From the NCBI GenBank assembly GCA_965225945.1, contig CBDDBZ010000034.1, positions 32,001 through 96,000 on the forward strand: DNA of 64,000 nt, written 5' to 3'. The first letter of the stretch is position 1, and the number at the start of each line of letters is the position of its first letter. Positions 19,489-29,630 of this stretch are shown piece by piece. Origin of the DNA: Alphaproteobacteria bacterium (GTDB lineage Bacteria; Pseudomonadota; Alphaproteobacteria; GCA-2731375). The notes under the pieces are model-generated. The model was not told the DNA's origin and ran no database searches. It was given only the letters and a program-made list of their open reading frames with translations. A program made the translations under genes and the position numbers.

Positions 19489-20208
19489 ATGTCCCCTCGC
19501 AAGGCCCCGCCGCTCAACTTCACCCCGACGCCCGAGGGCTTTCGGCGCGAGGATCTGACCGAGGCGCGGATCGCCGAGATCGGCCGTGAACTGTCACGCC
19601 TCGGCGGGCACCGCATCGCCGGCGCGCATGACCGCGAAGCCAGCCGCCGGGCGGTGGTCGGGGAGGTGGCGCCGGGCGAGGACGTCTGGGTCTTCGGCTA
19701 TGGCTCGTTGATGTGGAACCCGGCGCTCGACTTCGCCGAGGCCGAGCCGGGCCGCGTGCATGGCTATCACCGCGCCTTCTGCCTCTGGACCCCGTTCGGG
19801 CGCGGCTCGCCCGAGCACCCCGGTCTGATGCTGGCACTGCGGCCGGGCGGCAGCTGCCTGGGCCTGGCGCTCCGCATCCCGGCGAAGCGCGCGGTCGAGG
19901 AGACCCGGATCCTGTGGCGCCGCGAGATGATCGCCGACTCTTACCACGCGCGCCGGGTCAAGGTCAGGCTGGCGCGGGGGCAAGTGGAGGCGATCACCTT
20001 CGTCGCCAACCCGGGCCACCCCCGCTATGCCGGCAAGGTGGACGAAGCGCGCCAGGTCGAGCAGATCGCCTTCGCCGAGGGCCGGCTCGGCTGCTGTCGC
20101 GACTATCTGCACAATCTCAAGCGCACTCTGGACGGGTTCGGGGTCCGGGACGGCCCCATGCATCGCCTGCACCGCGGCGTGGAGGCACGCCGCGCTCGGG
20201 GAGGTTAG
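19489..20208 (+). CDS. chaC: ChaC-family gamma-glutamylcyclotransferase
   Basis: WVFGYGSLMWNP, GRGSPEHPGL and WRREM motifs. Confidence 0.85.
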   Translation: MSPRKAPPLNFTPTPEGFRREDLTEARIAEIGRELSRLGGHRIAGAHDREASRRAVVGEVAPGEDVWVFGYGSLMWNPALDFAEAEPGRVHGYHRAFCLWTPFGRGSPEHPGLMLALRPGGSCLGLALRIPAKRAVEETRILWRREMIADSYHARRVKVRLARGQVEAITFVANPGHPRYAGKVDEARQVEQIAFAEGRLGCCRDYLHNLKRTLDGFGVRDGPMHRLHRGVEARRARGG

Positions 20209-20273
20209 GGCAATGGTCATACCCCTGGGAATCGGCCATACAGTCCAGAACCGGCGGAGAGGGAGACGGGTCC

Positions 20274-21056
20274 ATGCGTTGGTTGCGTTATCGCCACGGC
20301 GGCCGAATTGCTTATGGCGCGCTCGAGGGGGAGAGGATCGAGGAATATTTCGGCGATCCCTTCACCACCTTCGGGCCGAGCGGCCAGCGCCTGGCGCTGG
20401 ACGAGGTCGAGATCCTGGTACCGGTGATCCCCGGAACCTTCTATGCCGCCGGGCTCAACTACCTGGCGCACGTGAGCGAGGCGGCGGAGTTGCTCGGCAC
20501 CCCGGTGAACGTGCCCCCCGAGGCCGACATCGGCTACCGCGCCAACAACGCGCTGATCCCCCACGGCGCCACCATAGTGATTCCCGCCGACGCCACCGAC
20601 AAGGTGCAGTACGAGGGCGAGTTGGTGGCGGTGATCGGCGCCGAGACTCGCGACGTCTCGGAGACCGAGGCGCTGGACTGTGTTTTGGGCTACACCATCG
20701 GCAACGACGTCTCCGAGCGGACTTGGCAGAAGTCCGACCGCACGCTTTGGCGGGCCAAGAACACCGACACCTTCAAGCCCATGGGTCCCTGGATTGAGAC
20801 CGACGTTGATTTGGACTCAGCTACCACGACAGTGCGGGTGAACGGCGAGGTCGGGGCGCGGTTCGCCACCAACGACATGATCTTCGGCGTCGCCCGCTTC
20901 ATCGCCCGGATGAGCCGCTATCTGACCTTGCACCCCGGCGACGTGATTTGGATGGGGGCCGACGGCCCGACCTTGGACATCAAGGCGGGCGACGTGGTCG
21001 AGGTCGAGATCGACGGCATCGGGAAACTGGTCAATCCGGTGACTCGGGCGGGCTGA
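20274..21056 (+). CDS. Fumarylacetoacetate hydrolase family protein
   Basis: GLNY, YEGEL, GYTIGNDVSER, AKNTDTFKPMGPW and TLHPGDVI motifs. Confidence 0.88.
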   Translation: MRWLRYRHGGRIAYGALEGERIEEYFGDPFTTFGPSGQRLALDEVEILVPVIPGTFYAAGLNYLAHVSEAAELLGTPVNVPPEADIGYRANNALIPHGATIVIPADATDKVQYEGELVAVIGAETRDVSETEALDCVLGYTIGNDVSERTWQKSDRTLWRAKNTDTFKPMGPWIETDVDLDSATTTVRVNGEVGARFATNDMIFGVARFIARMSRYLTLHPGDVIWMGADGPTLDIKAGDVVEVEIDGIGKLVNPVTRAG

Positions 21057-21065
21057 GGCGGAGCC

Positions 21066-23672
21066 TCACGACCGGCGCTTCGGCGGCCGGCCCCGGCGGC
21101 GGCCGGATGGTTTCGGCGGTGGGGCCGGGGGGTCCTCGGGACGGCCGGCGGAGAGCCATTCGTAGATCGTTTTCGCCGCGCCCCGGGTTTCCGGATTGAC
21201 GTCGTTGAGGTACCGCTCGCCACGAACATAGGCGACGAAGGCGGCATACACCGGCGCCCACCGCTCGGCATGCCCGCTGGTTTTGAACCACTCGATCAAA
21301 TTCTTGCCGAACCCCCTGGCCTCGGCGATCCGCAGTAGGCGGTAGAGGTCGTCGGTGAAGTCGGCGTCCCCGGTTTTCAGATCGCCGAGCAATGCGGCAG
21401 CGAGGTGTTCGGAGGCCGTGCCGAAATTGTCGTTCAGGAGCGCTAGTCCCGCATCGAGCAGGGCGGCGCCGACTGGCTCCAAATCCCCGAGGGCCGCGCG
21501 TTGTTCGCGCGCGTCTTCGGTTCTTGCTGCGGCGACATAGAGCCACGCGAGATTCGCCTTTGCCACCACATTTTCGGCCGACCCTCGAGATGCTTTGAGA
21601 TATGCGGCCTCCGCCCCCTCGAAATCCAGCTTGCGGTCGGAGAGATAGTTGCCCTTTCTTACGAGCGCATTTGCGGTCCATTCGAGGAGAGCTGGCGCCT
21701 CGCAGTCGCCAAAGCGCTCCGCGACTTGGTCGTAGACTTTGAGTGCCTCTTCGCCGCGGCCAAGTTGTTCGAGCCTTACGCCCTTGGAGACGAGCGCCCT
21801 GGCGACCTCATCGCTGAGAGCCGGCGACCCGGCATCTCGGAAGCGCGCGTCGACTTGGTCATAGACGGCGAGCTCCTCCTCTCCGCGTCCGAGATCTCCG
21901 AGCGCCGCCCCCTTATTGAAGAGCGCCCTGGCGACCCATTCGAGGAGAGCTAGCGCCTCGGCATCGCCGAAGCGCGTCAAGACCTCGTCGTAGACGACGA
22001 TCTCCTCCTCTCCTCGCCCAAGTTGTCCGAGCGTTATCCCCTTATTGACGAGCGTGCGGGCAACTTCTTCGCTGAGAGTTGGTGCTTCGGCATCGCCGAA
22101 GCTCGCCACGACCTCATCGCAAACGTCGATCGACTCCGCGCCGCGCCCGAGCAGGGCGAGCATCGCTCCCTTGTCGGCGAGCGCGCGAGCGACTTGGATT
22201 CGCGCTTCCGGTTCGTCGCTGTCGCCGAGGCGAGCTGCGATCTGGTCGAAAGTAGCGATGACGGCTTCGGGATCATCCGAAGGTGGGTCGGTCGGTACCG
22301 AGGTTTCTTCGGGGGCGGCGATGGCGTCGACACCGGCGCGAACCCCCCACCGCCGATCGGCATTCGTTTTCTTCCCGCTCTCGAGCGCCGCGGAGACCGC
22401 CTCGACATAGAGCGGATGCCACTTCGCCCGACGGTCTCCGGCCGTAACTTCCGCGCCGATGCGGTGGAGTTCGTCCGGGGCGAAGAATTTTGCCAGGAAG
22501 GCGGCTAGCCAGTGAATGCGTTGCTTGGTACGCCGCGTGCCGTGGCGCATGAGGTACCAGATGTTGAAGAAGCGCTCGCCGAGTTGGTAGCCCGAGCGCG
22601 CGCCCGAGGTCGGTACCTCCTGGATCAGGCCGTCGCGCTTCAACCGAGTGAGCTGCGAGGAGATCGTCGTCACCTCGACGCCCGTCGTGTCCGCCACGAA
22701 CCGTGATGTCGCCGGATCCCAGCGAAGCGCGATCGCGTCGATCACGGCACGTTGGAGGCTGGTCTCGTATTCCTCGATCCGCGCCTTGTAGTAGGGCGTC
22801 ACCTGATCGAGCAGGCTGTCGAGATCGGCGAAGACGTTCTCGGTTTCGGCCCTCTCCAGCAGGCGGTAGATCAGCACCACGACGTGGAGATTGCCGCTGG
22901 TAAGTTCGTGCAGCGCCCGCAGCCGCCCGGGCTCCCGCGCCAGAACCCGGCGCACGGGATCGCCCGCCGCGCCGCGCCGCGCCGATAGCCCCCGCATGAA
23001 GGCGATGGTCTGGTCCTTCGACAGCGGTTCCAGGACATGGGGGAAAAAGATCTCGTAGAACGGTGCCGCCCGCTCGGCGGTCTGTCTCAGGTGCCGTGTC
23101 GCGGCGCCGAACAGGACCGGCCCGCCCGCCTGCTGCAGAACGCGGCGGAACGCCCATTGCTCGTGCTCCGCCAGGGCGTCGGTGACGAAGTCGAGATTGT
23201 CGACCAGCAGCACGGGCCGCCGGCCGAGGCGCCGCGTCTCGGCTAGGAAGGCCTCGGCCACCGTTTTGGAAGCTTGCCAATCGGGTCCCGCCATCGCCGC
23301 GTCGAGGTGGTCGGCGGTGTCGGCCCGCCCCGTCGCGTCGGCCCATTCCGCCAGCGCCTCGCCGCAGTTCCGCCAGAAGACGGCAGCCGACAGTACGTTG
23401 TACTGCTCCTCGCGAAAGCGTAGCGGGATGTAGCGCCCCTCGAGATCAGGGTCGCTAGTAATGCCGATCGCCAGCCGCCGCAGCAGGCTGGTCTTCCCCA
23501 TGCCGCGCTGCCCGACGATGATCTGGTGCTGGGCCATCGCCTTCGGCCCGAGCCGCCGCAACCGATCGAGCAAATGCGCGGCGAGCTCTTCATGCGCGAC
23601 GAAGCCCGACATGAAGGCGTCGTCGGTGAGCCAATCCTGACTATAGAGGGCGAGGGCGGTCGTGCCGGTCAT
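21066..23672 (-). CDS. STAND-like AAA+ ATPase with winged helix and 43-aa TPR-like repeats
   Basis: Walker A GQRGMGKT, Walker B VLLVDNLD, HTH-like region (VTTISSQLTRL) and about five VARAL.NKG..L..LGR repeats. Confidence 0.8.
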   Translation of the reverse strand: MTGTTALALYSQDWLTDDAFMSGFVAHEELAAHLLDRLRRLGPKAMAQHQIIVGQRGMGKTSLLRRLAIGITSDPDLEGRYIPLRFREEQYNVLSAAVFWRNCGEALAEWADATGRADTADHLDAAMAGPDWQASKTVAEAFLAETRRLGRRPVLLVDNLDFVTDALAEHEQWAFRRVLQQAGGPVLFGAATRHLRQTAERAAPFYEIFFPHVLEPLSKDQTIAFMRGLSARRGAAGDPVRRVLAREPGRLRALHELTSGNLHVVVLIYRLLERAETENVFADLDSLLDQVTPYYKARIEEYETSLQRAVIDAIALRWDPATSRFVADTTGVEVTTISSQLTRLKRDGLIQEVPTSGARSGYQLGERFFNIWYLMRHGTRRTKQRIHWLAAFLAKFFAPDELHRIGAEVTAGDRRAKWHPLYVEAVSAALESGKKTNADRRWGVRAGVDAIAAPEETSVPTDPPSDDPEAVIATFDQIAARLGDSDEPEARIQVARALADKGAMLALLGRGAESIDVCDEVVASFGDAEAPTLSEEVARTLVNKGITLGQLGRGEEEIVVYDEVLTRFGDAEALALLEWVARALFNKGAALGDLGRGEEELAVYDQVDARFRDAGSPALSDEVARALVSKGVRLEQLGRGEEALKVYDQVAERFGDCEAPALLEWTANALVRKGNYLSDRKLDFEGAEAAYLKASRGSAENVVAKANLAWLYVAAARTEDAREQRAALGDLEPVGAALLDAGLALLNDNFGTASEHLAAALLGDLKTGDADFTDDLYRLLRIAEARGFGKNLIEWFKTSGHAERWAPVYAAFVAYVRGERYLNDVNPETRGAAKTIYEWLSAGRPEDPPAPPPKPSGRRRGRPPKRRS

Positions 23673-23975
23673 TCGGGGTGATACCTCAGCCAGTAGCAGC
23701 GCAGCAGGCCGGAGCGGATACGCCGGCAGTCGTCCGTGACATCGAGAATGCCGGCGTTGTGAAGAGCGGTCAGAAGATCCATCCCTTCACGTGGGCCGAG
23801 CGACGGCGATGTCTTTTGGAGGCCCGCCAACAGCGTCGCTTGCGTCGCGCCGACGACATCGATCGGAACCGTCACCCAACCTTCCGCCGAGAGATCCGCC
23901 CTCAGCTTGTCCATGAGCCAGGTCTTGCCGATCCGGCGCGGCCCCAGCATCTGGACGCTCCGCCGGACTTGAGAA
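23669..23975 (-). pseudogene. Collapsed remnant of the upstream partner AAA ATPase
   Basis: Walker A GPRRIGKT is joined directly to a C-terminal LL..L...G.L...RSGLLR.YW segment with no Walker B. The stop overlaps the next start (ATGA). Confidence 0.65.
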
Positions 23976-24294
23976 TTCGGCCGAGCTCCGCCCGCTCCGC
24001 AAGGTGATCTGGCATGTCGGAGACCCTTCAAATTTCTATTTGATATTGAATATAATGAAAAATTCTTTTAGTCAATAGTGAATAATTGCAAAATAAACAA
24101 AAGAAAACCCTTTGTTTTCCGCGCTCTAGGCGCCATGCTCGCGCTATCCGCGCGGGCGAGCGGAACCTCTCGGCCTCGTAGCGCGCCGCTTCGCTCCTCT
24201 CGTCCTCTCCTCGTTCGCATCCTCTCCAAACCGCAAAAAGCCTGGCCCGCGAACGGCCCAGGCCTCGAAGACGGCGCGAACGAGCCGGGCGTGC

Positions 24295-25356
24295 TCACTT
24301 CCGCAGGTAGCCGTGGTCCCTCCAGATCTTGTACTGGTCGCGGAACGACTTGTAGGAGGCATGGACCTCAGCGAACAGCGGATCCTTGGCCGACTCCTCG
24401 GCGATGACCTCTTCCCACTTGGCCCTGAAGACCGCGAGCACGGCGGCCGGCCAACGCTTGAAGATCACGCCCTTCTTCGCCAACTCCCGCATCGCCTTGA
24501 ACTGGATCGCCTCGCTCTTGACGTGGGACCAGAGCATGCTGTCGGCGCAGGCGGTCTTCAGCCAGGTGCGCTGGCGAGCGGTCAGCCGGTTGAACTTCGT
24601 GGCGTTCATCAGCAATTCGCCGATCGAGGCCTGCCGATGCCAGCCCGGAAAGTAGTTGTACTTGGCGATCCGATAGAAGCCTTGGTCGAGGTCGATCGAC
24701 GGTATGGAGAACTCGGTGGCGTCGATCACGCCGCGCTTCAGCGCCGGATAGAGCTCCGCGCCGGCCAGCGACCGGGTCGACACGCCGAGCTTGGCCATCA
24801 CCTTGGCGCCGAGGCCCGAGAAGCCCATCTTCAGGCCCTCGAGCTGGTCGAGCGAGTCGATCGGTCGGCGGAACCAGCCGGAGGTGTCCGGCGCGATCGA
24901 GGCGCAATGGAGGCCCTTCACGCCCTGTTCGCCATAGAGCTTGTCGTAAATCTCGTCGCCGCCGCCCCAGCTCAGCCAGGCCAGGTATTCACCCATCTCC
25001 GGGCCGAACGGCACCGCCGAATACCACGCCAGCGCCGGGAATTTGCCGGTGTGATGGCCGGCCGTGGTCCAGGCCGACTCGATCAAGCCGGCCTTCACCG
25101 CGCTCCAGGCCTCCAGTGCCGGCACCAGGGCGCCCGGCTCGAAGAACTTGATCCGGAAGCTGCCGCCCGAGATCTGGTCCATCAGCACCTCGTAGCGCGT
25201 CGCGGCCTCACCGATGATCGAGATCTTGGAGCCGAAGGCACTCTGCATCTTCCACTTGACTTTATTCGGCACCTCGCCGGCCAACCCCGGAGCGATCGCC
25301 AAGCCGGCGGCGAGGCCGGTCGTGGCCGCGAGCGTGGCGAGTTTGTCGAGTTTCAT
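24295..25356 (-). CDS. TRAP transporter substrate-binding protein (DctP/TakP-like), orphan
   Basis: Signal peptide, WKMQSAF, FEPGALVP, AVPFGP, GWFR, GVIDATEFS.P..D and YFPGWH motifs. No dctQM nearby. Confidence 0.88.
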   Translation of the reverse strand: MKLDKLATLAATTGLAAGLAIAPGLAGEVPNKVKWKMQSAFGSKISIIGEAATRYEVLMDQISGGSFRIKFFEPGALVPALEAWSAVKAGLIESAWTTAGHHTGKFPALAWYSAVPFGPEMGEYLAWLSWGGGDEIYDKLYGEQGVKGLHCASIAPDTSGWFRRPIDSLDQLEGLKMGFSGLGAKVMAKLGVSTRSLAGAELYPALKRGVIDATEFSIPSIDLDQGFYRIAKYNYFPGWHRQASIGELLMNATKFNRLTARQRTWLKTACADSMLWSHVKSEAIQFKAMRELAKKGVIFKRWPAAVLAVFRAKWEEVIAEESAKDPLFAEVHASYKSFRDQYKIWRDHGYLRK

Positions 25357-25415
25357 GAAAATTCCCTGCTCCCTGTCGCGGCTCCAGCGCTCAGGTGATA
25401 CGAGGCCGGCCGCGT

Positions 25416-26891
25416 TCACGCACCGGCGGCACCGGCGCCGGCGATGCGGCCGAAGACGGCGCCCGAAACCAGGCCCGAGCCGCCGGGGTAGTTGTGGTGA
25501 AACAGGCCGCCGACCAACTCGCCGCAAGCATAGAGCCCGGCTATCGGCTCCTGCGCGTTGTCGAACACGCGGGCCCCCTCGTCGACCTTGAGGCCGCCGA
25601 AGGTGAAGGTGATGCCGCCGGTGCTGGAATAGGCGACGTAGGGCGGGCTGTCGAGCGGCAGGGCCCAGTTGCTCTTCGCCGGGCTCACCCCCTCGGTATG
25701 GATGCCGTCCTTGACGCTGGGGTCGAAGGTGCCGGCGCCGGCGGCCGCGTTATAGGCGCGAAGCGTCTCCAGGCAGGCCTCCTGGTCGAGCGGCAAGCGC
25801 GCCACCAGCGCTTCCAGGCTATCGGCCTCCACCGGCGTGGCGGTGACGTAGCGCGGCTCCAACAGATGCGACGTCTTGGCGTCGAAGATCTGATAGGCCA
25901 CGCCGCCGGGCTCGCGCAGGATCGCGCCGCCGGTCTTGGCATAGGTATAGAGCTGGAAGTCCTCGCCCTCGTCGAGGAAGCGTTTGCCGCGCCGGTTGAC
26001 CAGCACGCCGAAGGGATAGGACAGCCGGTTGGTCTTGTCGGTGAGTTCGCGGTCGCCGTGGGACGGCGCCTCGGCGTCGATCGGCGTCGAGTGGCAGCCG
26101 GTCCACTGGCCATAGGCGAGCGCGCCGATGTCGAGCGCCATCTTGAGCCCGTCGCCGGTGTTGTGCGGCGTGCCGCGGACCTTGGCGTGGTCCCAGGGAC
26201 TGCCGAGATAGCGCGCCCGCCAGGCCTGGTTGGCCTCGAAGCCACCGCAGGCGAGGACGACGGCGCGGGCCCGCAATTCGGCGAAGCCGCCCGGCCCCTT
26301 GATCGCCACGCCGACCACGCGGCCGTTCATCTCCTGTAGCAGGCCGCGCGCGGCGGTCCGGTAGCACACCTCGATGCCGCGTTGCGCGACGATATCGAAC
26401 CACATGGCCGAGAGGCCGACGCCTTCGTGCACGGCCCGGATCACCGCGCCCGAGGGAAAGGTGATGCGGTTGCCGACCTTGACGCCCGAGAGCGCCGTCG
26501 CCGGCTCCATCTCGATGCCGCACTCGTGCATCCAGCGGATTGTGTCATGGGAGCGGCCGATCAGGATTTCGCCGAGCTCGCGGTCGGTCCGCCCGTCGGT
26601 GACCCGAAGCAGGTCCTCCCAGAAGCGCGATTGGGGATAGGGCGTGACGTTGTCGAAGAAACCGGGCACCTCGTCTTCGGCATCCGGCACAAGGGGGCGC
26701 AGGTCCTCGGCCTCGTCGAAGGCGATGCGGAACAGCCCGCCGCTATAGTGCGTGTTGCCGCCGCGCATGTGTTCGGGCGCCTTCTCCAGCACCACCACGC
26801 GTTTCGCGCCGGCTTGGCTGGCCGCCGTCGCCGCCGCCAGCGCCGCGTTGCCGGCGCCCACCACGATCACGTCATAGTCTAGCTCGCTCAT
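25416..26891 (-). CDS. tcuA: FAD-dependent tricarballylate dehydrogenase TcuA-like
   Basis: GAGNAAL, RGGN, GGFEAN, KVRGT..NTGDG, RFLDEG..F..YTYAK, GITFTFGGL and NYPGGSGL motifs. Confidence 0.8.
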   Translation of the reverse strand: MSELDYDVIVVGAGNAALAAATAASQAGAKRVVVLEKAPEHMRGGNTHYSGGLFRIAFDEAEDLRPLVPDAEDEVPGFFDNVTPYPQSRFWEDLLRVTDGRTDRELGEILIGRSHDTIRWMHECGIEMEPATALSGVKVGNRITFPSGAVIRAVHEGVGLSAMWFDIVAQRGIEVCYRTAARGLLQEMNGRVVGVAIKGPGGFAELRARAVVLACGGFEANQAWRARYLGSPWDHAKVRGTPHNTGDGLKMALDIGALAYGQWTGCHSTPIDAEAPSHGDRELTDKTNRLSYPFGVLVNRRGKRFLDEGEDFQLYTYAKTGGAILREPGGVAYQIFDAKTSHLLEPRYVTATPVEADSLEALVARLPLDQEACLETLRAYNAAAGAGTFDPSVKDGIHTEGVSPAKSNWALPLDSPPYVAYSSTGGITFTFGGLKVDEGARVFDNAQEPIAGLYACGELVGGLFHHNYPGGSGLVSGAVFGRIAGAGAAGA

Positions 26892-26909
26892 CCCTCGCCC
26901 TCTTGCTCG

Positions 26910-27986
26910 TCACGCCTTCGCGCCCTCGGCGATCCGCCGGGCCACCGCCGCGCCGAACGCGCCTGTGCCGAGTCCGCCGCCGAGGTCGGCGGTCCGGGTC
27001 CCGGGCCGGGCGAGAAGGCCGTCGATCGCGCCGATCAACGTCGCCCCGGCCTCGCTCAACGCGTTATCGTGCCGCTCGGCGCCCAGATGGTCGAGCAGCA
27101 TGGCGATCGAGTGCATCAGCGCCGTCGGGTTGGCCACGTCGCGCCCGGCGATGTCCGGCGCCGAGCCGTGCCCCGCCTGGGCCACCGCATGGTTATCGCC
27201 GTGGTTGAGCGAGGCGGCGAGCCCGAGACCGCCCGCCAGTTCCGCCGCCTCGTCGGACAGGATGTCGCCGAACATGTTGGTGGTGACCACGACGTCGAAT
27301 CGCTCGGGCGTGCGGATCAGAAGAGCGGCCATCGCGTCGATGATGACGTCGTCGACCTCGATATCGGGATATTCGCCCGCCACGGCCTCGACCGTTCGCA
27401 CGAAGTGGCCGTAAAAGATGCGGAGCGCGTTCGCCTTGTGCACGATGGTGACCCGCTTGCGCCGCCGCCGCGCCAGCTCGAAGGCGGCTCGCGCGATCCG
27501 CGTCGTGCCCCCGGTGGTGATCTTGCCGACGACCAGCGCCATGTCCTTGGACGGCATGAACTCGCCCTGGCCCTGGTGCATGGAGCGATCGGCGTAGAAG
27601 CCTTCCAGGTTCTCCCGCGCGACGACGAGATCCATCTCGCTGGCCATCGCCGGCACGCCTTCGCGGGTGTAGCTCGGGCGGATGTTGGCGTAGAGTTCCA
27701 GCCCCTTGCGGAAGGCGGCGGAGACGTTCAGCCCGCCCTCTTCCGGCGGGGGATAGTCGGAGACGGAGGCCGGCCCCAGGATCACCCCGTCGACGGCCCT
27801 CGCGCGGTCGAGAACCTCGTCGGTGATGGTGACGCCGTCTCGCGCCAGCCCGGCGAGACCGACAACGGCGGTCTCGAGTTCGAGTCCCAGCCCGAAGCGC
27901 TCGTCCAGCGCCTCCAGCGCCGCCACGCCGGCGGCGACGATCTCCGGCCCGATGCCGTCGCCGTCCAAGACCAGCAGCCGCGTCAT
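26910..27986 (-). CDS. Isocitrate/isopropylmalate dehydrogenase family protein
   Basis: GDGIGPE, LYANIRP, RENLEGFY, HKAN, NMFGDILSD and HGSAPDIAG motifs. Confidence 0.9.
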   Translation of the reverse strand: MTRLLVLDGDGIGPEIVAAGVAALEALDERFGLGLELETAVVGLAGLARDGVTITDEVLDRARAVDGVILGPASVSDYPPPEEGGLNVSAAFRKGLELYANIRPSYTREGVPAMASEMDLVVARENLEGFYADRSMHQGQGEFMPSKDMALVVGKITTGGTTRIARAAFELARRRRKRVTIVHKANALRIFYGHFVRTVEAVAGEYPDIEVDDVIIDAMAALLIRTPERFDVVVTTNMFGDILSDEAAELAGGLGLAASLNHGDNHAVAQAGHGSAPDIAGRDVANPTALMHSIAMLLDHLGAERHDNALSEAGATLIGAIDGLLARPGTRTADLGGGLGTGAFGAAVARRIAEGAKA

Positions 27987-28102
27987 GCCACTCCTTCCCC
28001 TCCCCCGGGCGGGCGGAGACTAGCGCGCTTTCGAGCCGTTTGGAAACGCTCGGCGTCGGGTGTTAGAAGCTTCCCGAACCGGGGGATGGAAGGATCCTCG
28101 CC

Positions 28103-29590
28103 ATGCGCCTGGTCGCGGCGATGATGAAGCACGAGACCAACACCTTCTCGCCGGTGCCGACCCCGCTCGCCCGTTTCGCCCGGGGCCGCGGCGCGCCGGC
28201 CCGGGGCGAGGAGGCACGGCGGGAGTTCCAGGGCACCGGCTCCGGCCTCGGCGCCTATATCGACCTCGCCCGCGAGCACGGCGCCGAACTGCATATTCCG
28301 CTCGCCGCCGGCGCCTGGCCGAGCGGCATGGTGGAAGACGCCGCCTACGAGGCGATGAGCGAGGCGATCCTGGAAGGCGTCGCCACCTCGGCGCCGGACG
28401 CGATCCTGCTGGATCTGCACGGCGCCATGGTGACGGAGAGCCTGGAGGACGGCGAGGGCGAGCTGCTGCGCCGGATCCGCGAGATCGCGCCGGCGACGCC
28501 GATCGGCGTCGCGCTCGACATGCACGCCAACATGTACCCGGGAATAGCGGAGCACGCCGACGTCGTCGCCGGCTATCAAACCTATCCCCATGTCGATACC
28601 TACGAGACCGCGCTCAGGGCCGGCCGGCCGATTCTGGGCATGCTGGCCGGCACGGTTCGCCCGACCATGGCCTGGGGCAACCGGGCGATGCTGCCGCACG
28701 TGATGCGCCAGGGCACCGACGATTCGCCCAATCGCGAGCTGCAGGCCCGCGCCCGGGAGATGGAAGCCGACGGCGCGCTGGCGGCGAGCCTGTTCGTCGG
28801 CTTCCCACACGCCGATATCCGCGAGGCGGGATTGTCGGCGGTCGTCGTGAGCGACGGCGACCGGGCGCTGGCGGAACGCTGGCGGGACGAGCTGCTGGAC
28901 GCGGCCTGGCGGGAGCGGGAGCGCTTCGTCTACCGGATCGAACCCTTGGGGGAATCGATGGCCCGCGCGCGGGCGGCGGCGAGCGGCGAAGGGCCGGTGA
29001 TCTTGCTGGATCACTACGACAACGCCGCCTCGGGCGGGACCATGGACACCACGGCCGTTCTCGCGGCCATCGTCGAGGCCAGGCTGGAGGACGTGGCCGC
29101 CTTCGCGATCCACGATCCCCGAGCGGTGACGCGGATGATCGCGGCCGGCATCGGCGCCGAGGTGACGCTGCCGCTCGGCGGCAAGCTCGACATGCCCGCG
29201 ATTGGTCGCGTGGGCGAGCCGCTGGAGGTCACCGGCCGGGTCCGGCTGATCTCCGAGGGGCGCTACCAGAACCTCGGCCCGGCCAGCCGAGGCGTTTGGA
29301 TGGACATGGGACCGAGCGTGGTGCTGGACACCGGCGGAATCGAGATCGTCGTCATCTCCCGCCATCAGGAGCCCAACGATCTCGCCTGCCTGGCGAGCCT
29401 CGGCATCGACGCGCGCGCAAAACGCTATCTGATGCTGAAGAGCCGGATCCACTACCGCGCCGGCTTCCGCGACGTCGCCGCCCAGGTGATCGAATGCGCC
29501 GGCGTCGGCGTCTGCACCTCGGACTATGAGATGCTGGATTTCAGCCATGTGCGGCGGCCGATCTTCCCGCTCGACCGCGTCGAGTCTTGA
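28103..29590 (+). CDS. M81 family metallopeptidase (MlrC-like)
   Basis: HETNTFS, LHGAM, DGEG, LDMHAN, YPHVD, DN..SGG..D and KSRIH motifs. Confidence 0.9.
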   Translation: MRLVAAMMKHETNTFSPVPTPLARFARGRGAPARGEEARREFQGTGSGLGAYIDLAREHGAELHIPLAAGAWPSGMVEDAAYEAMSEAILEGVATSAPDAILLDLHGAMVTESLEDGEGELLRRIREIAPATPIGVALDMHANMYPGIAEHADVVAGYQTYPHVDTYETALRAGRPILGMLAGTVRPTMAWGNRAMLPHVMRQGTDDSPNRELQARAREMEADGALAASLFVGFPHADIREAGLSAVVVSDGDRALAERWRDELLDAAWRERERFVYRIEPLGESMARARAAASGEGPVILLDHYDNAASGGTMDTTAVLAAIVEARLEDVAAFAIHDPRAVTRMIAAGIGAEVTLPLGGKLDMPAIGRVGEPLEVTGRVRLISEGRYQNLGPASRGVWMDMGPSVVLDTGGIEIVVISRHQEPNDLACLASLGIDARAKRYLMLKSRIHYRAGFRDVAAQVIECAGVGVCTSDYEMLDFSHVRRPIFPLDRVES

Positions 29591-29630
29591 TCGAAAGCCC
29601 CCGAAGCCGGGGGAGAGGGCCGGTGAGAAT

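Noticed and set aside
21660-22260. 129-bp periodic repeats as a CRISPR array or DGR template/variable repeats
   Set aside because: They are degenerate coding TPR-like repeats with no constant repeat-spacer structure. There is no reverse transcriptase or adenine-specific variation.
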